From Squalus acanthias (Eukaryota): 64,000 bases of DNA. The DNA is taken from contig CM059425.1 in NCBI GenBank assembly GCA_030390025.1, forward strand, positions 168,084,001 through 168,148,000, given 5' to 3'. The position numbers and the translations under genes were made by a program. This document shows, piece by piece, positions 23,946 through 36,078 of the stretch (positions are counted from its first letter, which is position 1; every line of letters starts with the position of its first letter). Below the pieces are notes generated by a model. It worked only from the letters and a program-made list of their open reading frames with translations. It was not told the origin of the DNA and searched no databases.

Positions 23946-25807
23946 GTGCACAATCAAACAAAATTAAACAATCAAGTGTGTGTAGCTAGTATTACCCATT
24001 AAAACACAAGTTATACCTATCTACCAGTATCCCATCTATTGGTTCAGGTGGTCAGATTTATACCAGTCAACCTGCAAATGGCAATTCAGAAGACATCAAA
24101 GCCACTGGATCATGAAGCATTGTGTTGGTTCCAGCTCTTAGACCAGAAAACTATTCAAACCATCGGACTGCCATGCTGGTGAATCTCAGCAAAGTCAACA
24201 CACTTGGAGCCACTTTAATTTGGCAGTTCTTTAGTGGCACAAAAATCCTAGCCTAAAAAGGGTATTAATAAAAAAATATACCTCGCCAAGCAGCAAATGG
24301 TTAGTTTTATCTGATTGTTTCATCAAAGAAACAGCATCAACAATAATGTGTACTAATCCCAATTGGCAACTGCAGTGCTCAAGATCTAATGTCATTGACT
24401 CAACCATAACAGCAGGTTTGTATTTGGTGCTAAGTGGCCGTAAAACTGAGCTCCCTGGCACTGGGTCAATTACACGACAATAGTAGGAAGCTGCACACAA
24501 TCTACTCAATCACTAGTTACATACTTCTTTTGTTGGAAGCATTTCCATCTGCTAATTCAGTGGTATATCAGTTACAGTGCTACGTATGAATCATAAATCA
24601 GCAGCCCTGGTGTTCCTATGTACCACTTTTTCCATCAGAATACTACGCACATATCCCCGTTGAAAGAAAAGCGCCGATTTCAGCCCAGCGCAGGTATCGA
24701 GGACGCTGGGACAGAAGCGGACGGCAATCCATTCAGACCCTGGAATGTGAAGCCAAGGTAATTTTAACACCCAGGTCTCATTTTACTGTTCCCTCATGCA
24801 CATCCTGCCCGAAGTCGGCAGAAATGGCAGAGAGGCCTGCGGGTGAAATAGAACGGCTGCCCCCAGGACACGAAGAAAGGGTTCCTGGCAAGGTAACTGA
24901 GTAAGGAGGATGCCGGGAATGATCATGATCAGGAGAAGGGGTAAAGCTCAGGTCAGGGAAGGCACAACGTCTCCTTGTAGGGTCAGGAAAAACACTCCTG
25001 CTCCTCCTGGCCCACAAGGAACCTTTAAAAAAAGACTTACTTGAGCCTCAGTCGACATGGAGTTAAACTTGCGTGCACATTGCAATTATGTCACCAAACT
25101 GAGACTTTGCCTCTATAATTAGGCCCCTGCTTTTCTGGGGCAAGCGGCTGTCCCGAAGCCAGAAAACTGCCAATTAAAATGGCATGTGTCGTGAACGACT
25201 CAGGAACAGAGCAGGCAGAGCGATTTTAACATAAGAACTAAGAACAGGGGTAGGCCATACAGCCCCTCGAACCAGCTCCGCCATTCAATAAGATCATGGC
25301 TGATCTTCAACCTCAACTCCACTTTCCCATCCGATCCCCATATCCCTTGATTCCCCTAGAGTCCAAAAATCTATCTATCTCAGCCTTGAATATACTCAAC
25401 GACTCAGCATCCACAGCCCTTTGAGGTAGAGAATTCTAAAGATTCACAACCCTCCGAGTGAAGAAGTTCCTCCTCGTCTCAGTCTTAAATTGCCGACCCC
25501 TTGTCCTGAGACTATGCCCCCTAGTTCTAGACTCTCCAGCCAGGGGAAACAACCTCTCAGCATCTATCCTGTCAATGCCCCTCAGAATCTTGTATGTTTC
25601 AATGAGACTACCTCTCATTCTTCTAAACTCCAGAGAGTATAGGCCCAGTCTTTCCTCATAGGACAACCTTCTCATCCCAGGGATCAATCTAGTGAACCTT
25701 CGTTGCACCGCCTCGAAGGCAAGTATATCCTTCCTTCCTTAGGTAAGGAGACCAAAATTGTGCACAGTACTCCAGGTGCAGTCTCACCAAAGCCCTCTAT
25801 AATTGTA

Positions 25808-26009
25808 AAAAGTCGCACAACACCAGGTTATAGTCCAACAGCTTTATTTGAAATCACAAGCTTTCGGAGCGCTGCTCCTTCGTCAGGTGAAGGAGCAGCG
25901 CTCTGAAAGCTTGTGATTTCAAATAAAGCTGTTGGACTATAACCTGGTATTGTGCGACTTCTCACATTTGTCCACCCCAGTCCAACACCGGCATCTCCAC
26001 ATCATGGCT
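25808..26009. mobile_element. Miniature Penelope-like element (family A) with inverted termini
   Basis: 12-bp TSD TCTATAATTGTA (25796-25807, 26010-26021). 72-bp inverted arms 25810-25881 and 25889-25960. Hammerhead motif followed by AATAAA. Confidence 0.85.
25854..25890 (-). ncRNA. Minimal type I hammerhead ribozyme motif
   Basis: Minus strand TCAC-CTGACGA-A-GGAGC(AGC)GCTCC-GAAA-GC-TT-GTGA: stem I TCAC/GTGA, core CUGANGA and GAAA, 5-bp stem II, palindromic stem III AAGCTT. Confidence 0.8.
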
Positions 26010-26947
26010 TCTATAATTGTAGTAAGACTTCCTTATTCTTGTAGTCCAACCCCCTTGCAATAAAGGCCAACATGCCATTTGCCTTCCTAATTTTAAAAAA
26101 ATTCTGTTTTTCTATTCTTCCTACCAAAGTGAATAACCTCACTTTTCCCCCACATTATATCCATCTGCCACCTTATTGCCCACTCAATTAACCTGTCTAT
26201 ATCCCTTTGCCTGCTCTTTGTGTCTTACTCACAGCTGTTTCCCACCTAGCTTTGTATCACCAGCAAACTTGGATACATTACACCCAGTCCCTTCATCTAA
26301 ATCATTAATATAGATTGTAAATAGCTGAGGCCCAAGCACTGATCCTTGTGGCACCCCACTGGTTACAGCCTGCCAACCTGAAAATGACCCATTTATCCCT
26401 ACTCTCTGTTTTCTGTCCGTTAACCAATCCTCTATCCATGCTAATCTATTACCCTCAACCCCACGAGCCCTTACTTTCTGAATCTTCAAATTCACCAGTG
26501 ACGTTCTATCACCAAATTGCCAATCACATGATACAAAAAAAATACCAATCAAAGTCCAGAAACCAGATAGAAATAATCCAACAGAGACGGACTACAATCA
26601 CCACTGTGGAAACTGTGACTTTGATGACAGAGCCAGGGGAACCACATATCTTAAGTCACAGCCCCTGCACCCTATCACTTCCCCTCATGAGTCACTGGTT
26701 CCACTCTCCCTGCCCTCTGCCGCAAACTTCAGCTGGGCCTCATCCCACGCCTCTGCTTGCACACCTGGTGCCATCAGACACACAGCCTGGCTTTAGCCGT
26801 AGCCTCTATTTGGCCTGCAACCTTAGCCACTTACACCACTCCCATTTACAGTCCCCCAGATCTTAATCCAATGCTTGGTAACACCAGGAACCTCGACCTC
26901 AGGCTTCAACCAGCACCCATACCCACCTCCTCCACACCCTGTCCCAT

Positions 26948-27200
26948 CATAGAAATTTACAGCACAGGAGGCCATTCGGTCCATCTTGTCCATGACGGCC
27001 AACCAACAGCTATCCACCCTAATCCCACTTTCCAGCACTTGGTCCGTAGCCTTGTAGCTTATGGGACTTCAAGTGCATATCCAAATACTTTTTAAATGTG
27101 ATGAGGGTCTCTGCCTCTACCACCCTTGCAGGCAGTGAGTTCCAGACCCCCACCACCCTCTGGGTGAAAAAAATTCTCCTCAAATCTCTTCTAAACCTCA
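26948..27200 (-). mobile_element. CR1 3' end fragment
   Basis: RFRRDLRRIFFTQRVVGVWNSLP...GYGPSAGKWD plus 3' UTR. Same family as 18783. Confidence 0.9.
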
Positions 27201-27420
27201 TCCACAGCTTACCCTCAGCCTCACCCCATCAAGCAACAGTGCAAGAGATGCACTCGTTTAATTTTTTTTAAATACATTCCTGGCTCGACAGTGACAGATT
27301 GTGTCCCCCTAACTCTCTCTACTGACTCTCAGGAAACAATAGTAAGATGAAGGGCACCCAAAGCACACCTGTTACCAACTCCGCATAATATTGGGTGCTG
27401 AGGCATACTGCATACCCAAT

Positions 27421-28179
27421 GGGCTGGATTTTGAATGACCCATGGAGTCGGGTTTGGAGGCGTGTGGGGGGTTAAATTTGCGGGGTCGGGGTTTCCGACC
27501 CCATCCCGACTCCATCCCGCCTCCACGCAATTTTGACAAAATCAGTCGCGGGGTTCCCGACTCCGTCCCGCCTCCAAGAGGCGGGAGAGGCCATTAAAGC
27601 CCTTAACAAACTCTAAATTGGCTCTGTAATGCCATTTTGAAATGTTTTAGCTAGTTTAACCCTTTTCTGACGTGAAGTACACCTGGTGTGAAACACTCCA
27701 GTGAAACCTGGCGGGAGCACAAGTGGACAGCTGACTATCAGCTGCAGGTCCACTATTACAACGGAGATGTGATGAAGGTAGTAGTATTAGATCTGAAAGT
27801 CGCCGCTGCTGCATTGAATGTGTTCAGAGACTGCCTGGCCTTTGCTGTGAGAGGACTTGGATGCAAAAAAAATTCTCTCTCTCTCTCTCCTTCTCCCCCC
27901 CCCCATATTTTGCATCCAGGTCCACTCACATCAAAAGCAAGCCAGGCAGGTCCTCTCTCACCAACAGTCTCTGAGACTAGGCAGTCAGCAATGATGACAT
28001 TATCAAAGGCGACTTTGAGACTGAAACCACTAATTGGTTCATGGGTTCCCACATGCTGGAACTCAATTGCCCAATTAAGTGAAAATTGCATCATTCATCC
28101 ACATTAATCTGGAGTCGGGGGGGAAACACGAAATGCGGATTACACGACCCCAACCCGACCCCAAGACAAAATCCAGCCC
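27421..28179. mobile_element. Harbinger-type MITE (759 bp)
   Basis: Perfect 13-bp TIR GGGCTGGATTTTG, AAT TSD on both sides, and GAGGCGGG subterminal motifs. Confidence 0.92.
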
Positions 28180-28239
28180 AATGTGTCTAACACCCAAAGC
28201 AGCTAGCTGGCAATTGGAGTGTTGCTCTTTTGGTGTGAT

Positions 28240-29178
28240 CAATAAACAAACACTGTAACTTAACAAAAATCAAATGAAACTTAACAAATTAAATTAAAAT
28301 TTGGTTTGCGAGGGTGATGAAGCACTCCAGTCACTCTGGTGCCCACCTGTCGCGGAAGGCCTCGAGTGTGCCGGCGGACACCGCGTGCTCCATCTCCAGG
28401 GCCACCCGGGCGCGGACGTGGCCGAGGAAGAGAGGCAGCCAGTCGGGCCGAACGACCCCCTCGACTGCCCGCTGCCTGGACCTATTAATGGCCACTTTGG
28501 CCAGGTCCAGGAGCAGTCCTGCGAGGAGGTCCCCGACCTGCCCGCTTCCTCCCGCACCGGGTGACCAAAGATCAGGAGCGTGGGACTGAAGTGCAGCCAA
28601 AAATCGAGGAGTCCATGAACCTACTTAAAATTTTATTGCACAGGACTGCTCCGTGCAACACCCTCCAGGCCAAGTCCCCAATAGATAAAGGGAGGTCTCC
28701 TGCGTAGAGAGCCCTGCACTGCGGACTCCCGCCTCCTCCAGACGGCAAGATGGTGCGCCAAGGCGTGTCCGGGCGGCAGACGAGAATGGCAAAATGGAGA
28801 GTGTGCAAGAACAGCCTGTACAGAATGAAAAGGCACGGAGGGGATTTCCCAGAGACGGCTCAAGTTGTGAGGCGCCGGCTCCCATGAGGGGTCTCGGGGC
28901 TGGGCTCCGATGAGGAATTCCGTCCGAATGGGGGTCAGTTCAGACGGGATTGGCCCACATGCTTGAGCCTCCTCGATACACCTAATGGAGTCAGGGCCCA
29001 GTGCCACTTTCAGCGACTCGATGGCTTTGGCCGCGAGCCAAACGTTAGTCCAGGACAGGCGCTGCGCCAGCTTCTCTAGCGCCATCCAACCCGCTCCTCT
29101 GCCATCGAGTAGGTCCCTGACTCTGGTCACCTTGCCAGACACAGATCTACCCTCCGCCAGCCACCTGAAACCGCGTTT
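28240..29178 (-). mobile_element. Tx1-clade (L1 group) LINE, 3' end of ORF2
   Basis: LYAGDLPLSIGDLAWRVLHGAV and LLLDLAKVAINRSRQRAVEG...RARVALEMEHAVSAGTLEAFRDRWAPE, typical of the Tx1 ORF2 C-terminus. T-rich 3' UTR. Confidence 0.85.
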
Positions 29179-29389
29179 GTGGAGGGGCAATTGGAGTGTT
29201 GGGAGCCTGCATATAAGATGTGTGCAAGGTTCATTAAGGCTCCAGAAAATATTTAAATTAAGAGGCTTCACCATAATGTGACTCAATTACCTAATCAGCA
29301 CTACAGATGCTAAACACCTGTTTGGAACAGTTGCATGCTTACCAGTGTTTCATGCTGACAGGCAGCAGATTTATCATAAGTTCATAATT

Positions 29390-30125
29390 CCTACCGGCCT
29401 ATTTAAAATAGGACCTTTCATGCTACAGAGAACTTTTCATGTTACCTCCCGGGTAATTTAATACTATCATTCCCTTCAAGGGGAAGCATTTGTAGTTGTA
29501 GGTACCTCAGGCAAGCCTAACTTCATATATTACACTGGCCTATTGAATTAGGTGTTTCTGTTAAAACATCAGATTGGGTAGGCCAAACCTTCCCATGAAA
29601 TTTTAGTAGCATCATCCCTAAGGGCACTTGATTGTGTCCTGGCATGACTGGATTTACTTGGCCCCACAATTAAACTGGCCTAGCTAAAGTTGGACAGTTT
29701 CATGTTATTGGATTCCTTCTATGACCAGTGCTGTGGTTGTTTTCATGTTGCCTGATTTTACTGTTTTGGTTTTGTTACTTTTGTCTCATTAAAACTTGTC
29801 TCTGTGGGTTATCCCTCCCTGAAATGTTAATGGTGTGACCCCTTTAAAAGGAGGCTTTTACTGAATCCCAGTGGGTTTGGGTCTAATCCAATCTCACAAT
29901 TACCACTTGCCTACTTAAAATAGTACCCTCTCATTGTGGTGGCGCCCCTTTAAGGGGAAGCATTTGTATGAGCAGTTAGACTTGCCTGCCTAATTCCAAT
30001 AGCCTACTAAAATAGAACCATTTCATTGTGCCTTCTGAAATTTTATTAGTGTCACCCTTTTAAGGGAGTTTGCCTAGCCTCATATTTTCCACTGGCCTGT
30101 AAAAATAGGGCATTTTCATTGTTTA
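29390..30125 (+). repeat. Degenerate tandem array with CCCCTTTAAGGGG-type hairpins
   Basis: Motif like CTGGCCTANTTAAAATAGGACNTTTCATTGT at about 29394, 29535, 29675, 29906, 29999 and 30092. TGAAATTTTA..GTCACCC..TAAGGG variants at about 29596, 29820 and 30036. Confidence 0.7.
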
Positions 30126-31269
30126 CATATGTTTTCTGGGTCCAACATGTATTACGTTTACATCTATATTGATATCCATTTATCATTCTATAGCTCACCA
30201 CTTTGATAGGTCCATTTTTTATGCTGTCAGTCTCACTTACACTAGTCACGTGAACATAATCTTAATAGATTCTTCCATATTATTTACAACAGGGCACTCA
30301 GAATGGATGCCTCTGAAACTCCATCACTAATTCTTCCACCTCTCAGAGAGGGAAAGCTTTCTCCATTAAACATTACTTTTTGGTTTCTATTGCCAACCCC
30401 GTTTTCCATCCAGCTAGTTCATTTGTTATTGATTCCATACATTGAAATGTTCTTACCAGTTTTAAATCCTTATTTGTGGGACTTTACCAAAAGCTTCTTG
30501 AAAATCCAAGCATATTATACTTGGTTTGTTTTAATTGAACCACAAAAATGTAAATTTTTTGGAAATTCGGGGGTTTCGGGTTTGACTATCCGTTCAACCA
30601 AAATCTCATAACAGCCTTAAGATGAATATATATACAGTGAGACAGACCTATGCTGACAAACCTATGCTCACCTTTACTTTGTACCCCAAAGCTCTGCTGT
30701 GTGGCCCAATACTCAGCAGACACACAGACTTGGTGAACATAAGGTTCGTCCATTGCAGCGGTCCAGACCCACAGCCGCATCAGCACAGAGCGAGTGATTT
30801 AACAAATTCGAATTAATAAGTGGCACAGCACACTGCGATATCACTGCTACAGACTGGTGAGATGTAGGCTTGATGCCCACCCTCCTTGCTGAGATCCTGA
30901 TTTGAGCTTTGCTGCCATGGGAAGGCACTGAGCAGAACGCAAATGCTTCCTCAGAGGTGGGGGAAGATACAGTCATCACTTAGTTACTCTGGTAGACTTC
31001 TTGCCATCCACTCAGAATGACACTGAACAACCGATTTCCCACCCACCCTCTCAGATGCAGAAATTATGTGGAACAGAAGAGAATTACCAGAAAGAAGTCA
31101 GGAATTAGACAATAACAACCCTCAAAAGGGTGGTGGGGTCACAGGGGGTCTGGTGTGGCGGACGCTGCAGTCTGTATGGAGGGCCAAGGACTTTGAACTT
31201 TTTGCTTTTTTTGCTGGAAATCACAGCAGGTCCGGCCGCATCTGTGAACAAGCCTCTGCACAGGCAGTG

Positions 31270-31400
31270 TTCTCTGTCTGTATATGCTGTGCCCATTTGT
31301 AGTTCTTCACTTCACCTGACGAAGGAGCAGCCGCTCCGAAAGCTTGTGATTTCAAATAAAGCTGTTGGACTATAACCTGGTGTTGTGCGACTTCTCACTC
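31270..31400 (+). mobile_element. Penelope-like terminus (family A)
   Basis: 31321-31398 is nearly identical to 25889-25965 and contains a hammerhead motif and AATAAA. Confidence 0.85.
31312..31349 (+). ncRNA. Minimal type I hammerhead ribozyme motif
   Basis: TCAC-CTGACGA-A-GGAGC(AGCC)GCTCC-GAAA-GC-TT-GTGA. Confidence 0.8.
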
Positions 31401-31907
31401 AAACAATTGTTCAGGTTAACAGGCATAAATGAAAATCTGAAGCCTGAACTAGCCAGAAGGCTGTGCATGTAAAAGTTTTTGTGGCAACTATTACTTGTGA
31501 CAATGATGTTCCAAAGGCAGCTTTCGTTTTTATTACAAAAATAGAAGGAAGTGACTCATTCAGTATCTAGGTATAAAGATAATCTCATCTTTTTACATCA
31601 TTCTCATGCTCAGAAAATGCACACTTCTGATAATTATGGGGATTCCCAGCACTTTGACACACCAGGAAAGCTTATATACATACTCCTGCACCTGCTCCTG
31701 TTCCTGTCATCCATCATACTGCCAGAAAACTTGCTTGGCCACAATTTCCCCATCAATAAGGCCATCAGACACTGACATGCCACCAGCCCACTAAGGTATT
31801 CAATCCCACTCTCCACCCAGTGGATCAACAGAGAACTAAGCTATGTGCTTCTGCTGGATCATTAGTCAATAATGGGAACCAACCATCTCACTGCACTACA
31901 GTGATTT

Positions 31908-32230
31908 TGATTTTTTCTCATTCTCAAGATGTGAGCATCACTGGCAAGGGTGGCATTTATTGCCCATCCCTAGTTGCCCTGAGAAGATAGTGATGGGCCT
32001 TCTTTTTGAACTGCAGGTAGCGGTTTGATACAACTGAGTGGCTTACTGGGCCACTTCAGAGGGCAGTTAAGAGTCAACCATGTTGGTGTGGGACTGGAGT
32101 CACATATAGGCCAGGCCAGTAAGGGAGGTAGGTGTCCTTCCCTGAAGGACATTGGTGAACCAGCTGAGTTTTTACAACAATCCAAAAGCTAACCTAAATT
32201 CAAATTCTCAGATTCCCATGGTGGGATTTA
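31908..32230 (-). mobile_element. SINE-like element with LINE family B tail, copy 2
   Basis: Colinear with 4391-4725. Confidence 0.75.
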
Positions 32231-32879
32231 TGAATAGTAAACCTGCAAGAGAAAGGAAGGAGGAAAAACAATTCAGGAATTTGAGTCCAAAGACGTGTGT
32301 GAAATGATCACTTGGACCACTAAGCTGCCATATTATAAATAATTTAAATTTACAGGCAGAAATGAATCAATGAAGCCAGGACGAGTCAAAACACCTGCCT
32401 GCTTATGACTTCAGGCTGCCAAACGGAACTAACAGATGAATGTCACACACATGCAGAAAGGTCACAAACTGCATATTGCCCAACTGTGTATATTCTGCAC
32501 CATCTTACTAAGGGAACAAGTGCATTCAAATATGAATGATCCAAATTGAGAAAAAGGTCAGCTCAGATTTTGATGGAGGATTTTTTTTCAATTCAATGCC
32601 TATCCCTCCTTGCATAGTTGACGATATGTGCAATCTACACTGACTGATGTTTCCTTTTCCTCAGCAAGTGGGGGCAAGAAACTGTATCCATTGACAAGTA
32701 AGTCAATAGAAATTTCCAGATTCAGCAAATAAAACAATAAAATATATGTAAAAACCTCAGTAAGATAAAGTTCACAGCTAATGCAATTTTCTGGTACAGA
32801 GAATTCACTTAAATTGCTTGGAGTTCTCTCTTGTAGCATACAACATCTTCAGAAAGCCATTTTTAATTTCTGCCTAACT

Positions 32880-34330
32880 ATCTGAAGACCTGTGCTCCAG
32901 AACTAGCCACACCTCTAGCTAAGCTGTTCCAGTACTGTTACAATATTGGCATCTACCTGACAATGTGAAAAATTGCCCCATATATGTCCTGTCCACAAAA
33001 AGCAAGACAAATCCAATACGGCTAATTACCGCCCTATCAGCCTACATCCAATCATCAGAAAAATTAGGAGAGGAGTCATCAACAGTGCTATCAAGCAGCA
33101 CTTATTCACCAATAACCTGCTCACCGATGCTCAGTTTGGGTTCCGCCATGAGCTCTCGGCTCCAGACCTCATTATAGGTTTGGTTTAAGAGCTGAATTCC
33201 AGAGGTGACTGCTCTTGACATCAAAGCAGCATTTGACTGAGTGTGACACCAAGGAGCCGTAGTAAAACTTAAATCAATGGGAATCAGGTGAAAAACTCTC
33301 TAGTAACTGGAGCATATCTGGCACAAAGGAAGATGCTTGTTGTTGGACGCCAATCATCTCAGGCCCAGGACTCTGCTGCAGGACAGGGCAGTGTCCTAGG
33401 CCCAACTATCTTTAGCTGCTTCATCAATGACCTTCCCTCCATCATAAGGCCAGAAGTGGAGCTGTTTGTTGATGATTGCACAGTGTTCACCTCCAATCGC
33501 AATTCCTCAGATAATGAAGCAGCCTATACTCACATGCAACAAGACCTGGACAACATTCAGGCTTGGGATGATGAGTGACAAGTAACATTTGCGTCATACA
33601 AGTGCCAGGCAATGAACCTCTCCAACAAGAGAGAGCCGAACAATCTCCCCTTGACATTCAATTCCATTACCATCACCAAAGCCCCCACTATCAACATCCT
33701 GGGGGTCATCAGTGACCAGAAACAAAACTGGACCAGCCACATAAATGCTGTGGCTACTAGAGCAGGGCAGAGGCTGGGTATTCTGTGGCGAGTGACTCAC
33801 CTCCTGACTCCCTAAAGCCTTTCCACCACTTATAATGCACCAATCAGGAGTGTGATGGAATACTCTCCACTTGTCTGGGTGGGTGCAGCTGCAACAAGGC
33901 TCAAGAAGCTCAACACCATCCAAGACAAAACAATTTGCATAATTGGCATTCACCCACGAGCCTAAACATTCATCCCTTCCATCACTAGCATACTATGGCT
34001 ACAGCAACTCACCAAGGCTTCATCGGCAGCACCTCCCAAACTCACAACCTCCACCACCCAGAAGGGCAAGAGCAGCAGGTGCAAGGGAACACCATAACCT
34101 CCAAGTTTTCCTCCATGTCACACACCATCCTGACTTGGACATATATAGCCATTCCTTCATCGTCGCTGGATCAAACCCCTGGAACTCCCTACCTAATTGC
34201 ATACCTCCCTACCTTCATCACACACACTTCAGTGGTTCAAGAAGAAGGCCCACCACCAGCTTTTCAAGGGCAACTAGTGATGGGCAATAAATGCCAGTCT
34301 TGCTAGTGATGACCCCATCCTGAGAATTAT
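32880..34330 (+). mobile_element. Degenerate CR1-group LINE (family B), RT and 3' end
   Basis: Colinear with 19555-21010. CPVHKKQDKSNTANYRPIS, GSVLGPTIFSCFINDL and FVDDCT motifs. Confidence 0.92.
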
Positions 34331-34351
34331 TTTTTTTAAAGCTGCTATCTG

Positions 34352-34781
34352 GTGTCACCCTTGGCTTAGTGGTCTCTCTCCTCTGAGGCAGAAGGTTGTG
34401 AGTTTAAGCCCCATTCCAGAGACTTAAGCACATAATCTAGGTTGAAACCTCAGTACACTACTGAGGGAGTGCTGTACTGTCAGGTAGTTTTTCAGAAGGC
34501 CTCGCCAGCCCTCTCAGGTAAACATAAATGATTCCATGGTACTTTTCACAGAAGACGAATTCTTCTGGCATCCTGGCCAACATTTATCCATTAACCAACA
34601 TCACTAAAACAGATTATCTGATCACTTATCTCATTACTATTTGTGGGATCTTGATGTGAACAAATTGGCTACACATTTCTCTATATTAAACAGTGACTAC
34701 ACTTCAAAATTGGTTCAGTGAAGCACTTTGGGACATCCTAAGGTTGTAAAAGGTGCTTATATAAATACAAGTTATTTCTTT
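34352..34781 (+). mobile_element. tRNA-derived Deu-domain SINE (SacSINE1-like)
   Basis: Degenerate A and B boxes, CAGTACACTACTGAGGGAGTGCTG...TCCTGGCCAACATTTATCC core and L2-like tail. Homologues at 48161 and 59381. Confidence 0.8.
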
Positions 34782-36078
34782 ACTGTACATTTGATTCTGT
34801 ACAGTTATGATACTGATGCAACATTCAATTACAAAAGTAACTCCATGTCCTTTTATCCAGCTTTATCTCTGAATTTAAAATGACTCCCCCTTATCAACAG
34901 GACTTCAAATAAAAGCACAACAATAATGGCATTTGCACAACTGATAATTGCAATTTGCATTGTATTTTATTTTATTGTTATCTGAGAGCACGCTAGTATA
35001 GTATTGACACAACAAGCAAAGTGACTCATATTTTTAAAAAATTGTTGGACTTTAATATTGAACAAGGTAGGATTCAGCAGTGATGTTGGTAAGTATTGCT
35101 AGACCCCTCAGTTTCTTGTTATCTGCCAAGAAAAAAAATCTTAATCTGTGTTGGAGAATATATATTCGCTTTTGCAGTTTTTTACTGAAACCATGGCAGA
35201 ATGGCTAATACAAGAATTATGGTTAGGATAAAGTGTAGCAATATGGGTAAAGAAGCTTAACAAGCCCTTAATTCAGGATAATGTCTCATGAGTTAATTAG
35301 GACCAGAACTTAACAATTTGTGCTGGCTTTTTGGATCAGCAATTGGTACTTATTTTTAAATTTATTTTTCTCTGGCAATTTTCTCCCCACCTCTCCTGAA
35401 GGCATTGTTGGGATAAGATTCCACAGAGTCTGGGCACATCTAAGTATTTTGTCCAAATCACCCTCATTCATGTATGAACGTGGATAGTGAGTGCTGGCCA
35501 TGTATTTGAGTGTGGTGATGTCAGCGGCAACACTAGTTCTATCCACACACACACGCACTTCCAGCAGAGGCTGCTGGATAGCAATCAGCAACACAGAACA
35601 CTGCATGCATGTGACATCAGCGGTGCTCCAAGTCCTAAAGTAAGCTGCAGCACCCAGTACGTACAAACAATATAATCTGGCTAGCACAGATGAGTTATCT
35701 TTAAAAGTGTGGCACCCAGCAGTAGTTTGTGCATGATTTTATCATGAAGGGCAAATCTCATCATGGCTTTGTAATTGCAATTATCAGTTGTGCAAGTACC
35801 ATTATTGTTGTGCTTTTATTTGAAGTCCTGTTGATAAGGGGGAGTCATTTTAAATTCAGCGATAAAGCTGGATAAAGGACATGGAGTTACTTTTGTAATT
35901 GAATGTTGCATCAGTATTATAACTGTACAGAATCAAATGTACAGTAAAGAAATAACTTGTATTTATATAAGCGCCTTTTACGACCTTAGGATGTCCCACA
36001 GTGCTTTACTGAACCAGTTTTGAAGTGTAGACACTGTTTAATATAGAGAAATGTGTAGCCAATTTGTTCACATCAAGA
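34649..36078. repeat. Inverted duplication: arms 34649-34955 and 35773-36078, spacer 817 bp
   Basis: Manual alignment gives about 10 substitutions and 1 indel over 307 bp. Confidence 0.95.

Larger units (their letters stand above)
25229..26478 (-). mobile_element. CR1 3' portion with internal deletions, interrupted by a Penelope-like mini-element
   Basis: ORFs contain [30 protein letters not shown] and QRRFTRLIPGM...RRNFFT. CATAAGAAC tail. Confidence 0.93.

Noticed and set aside
29390..30125. CRISPR array
   Set aside because: Repeats are highly degenerate with irregular spacing, there are no cas genes, and the context is vertebrate.
30650..30790. Minus-strand exon ending AAG|GTGAGC (MDEPYVHQVCVSAEYW...)
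   Set aside because: No convincing acceptor or promoter, and no recognisable protein.
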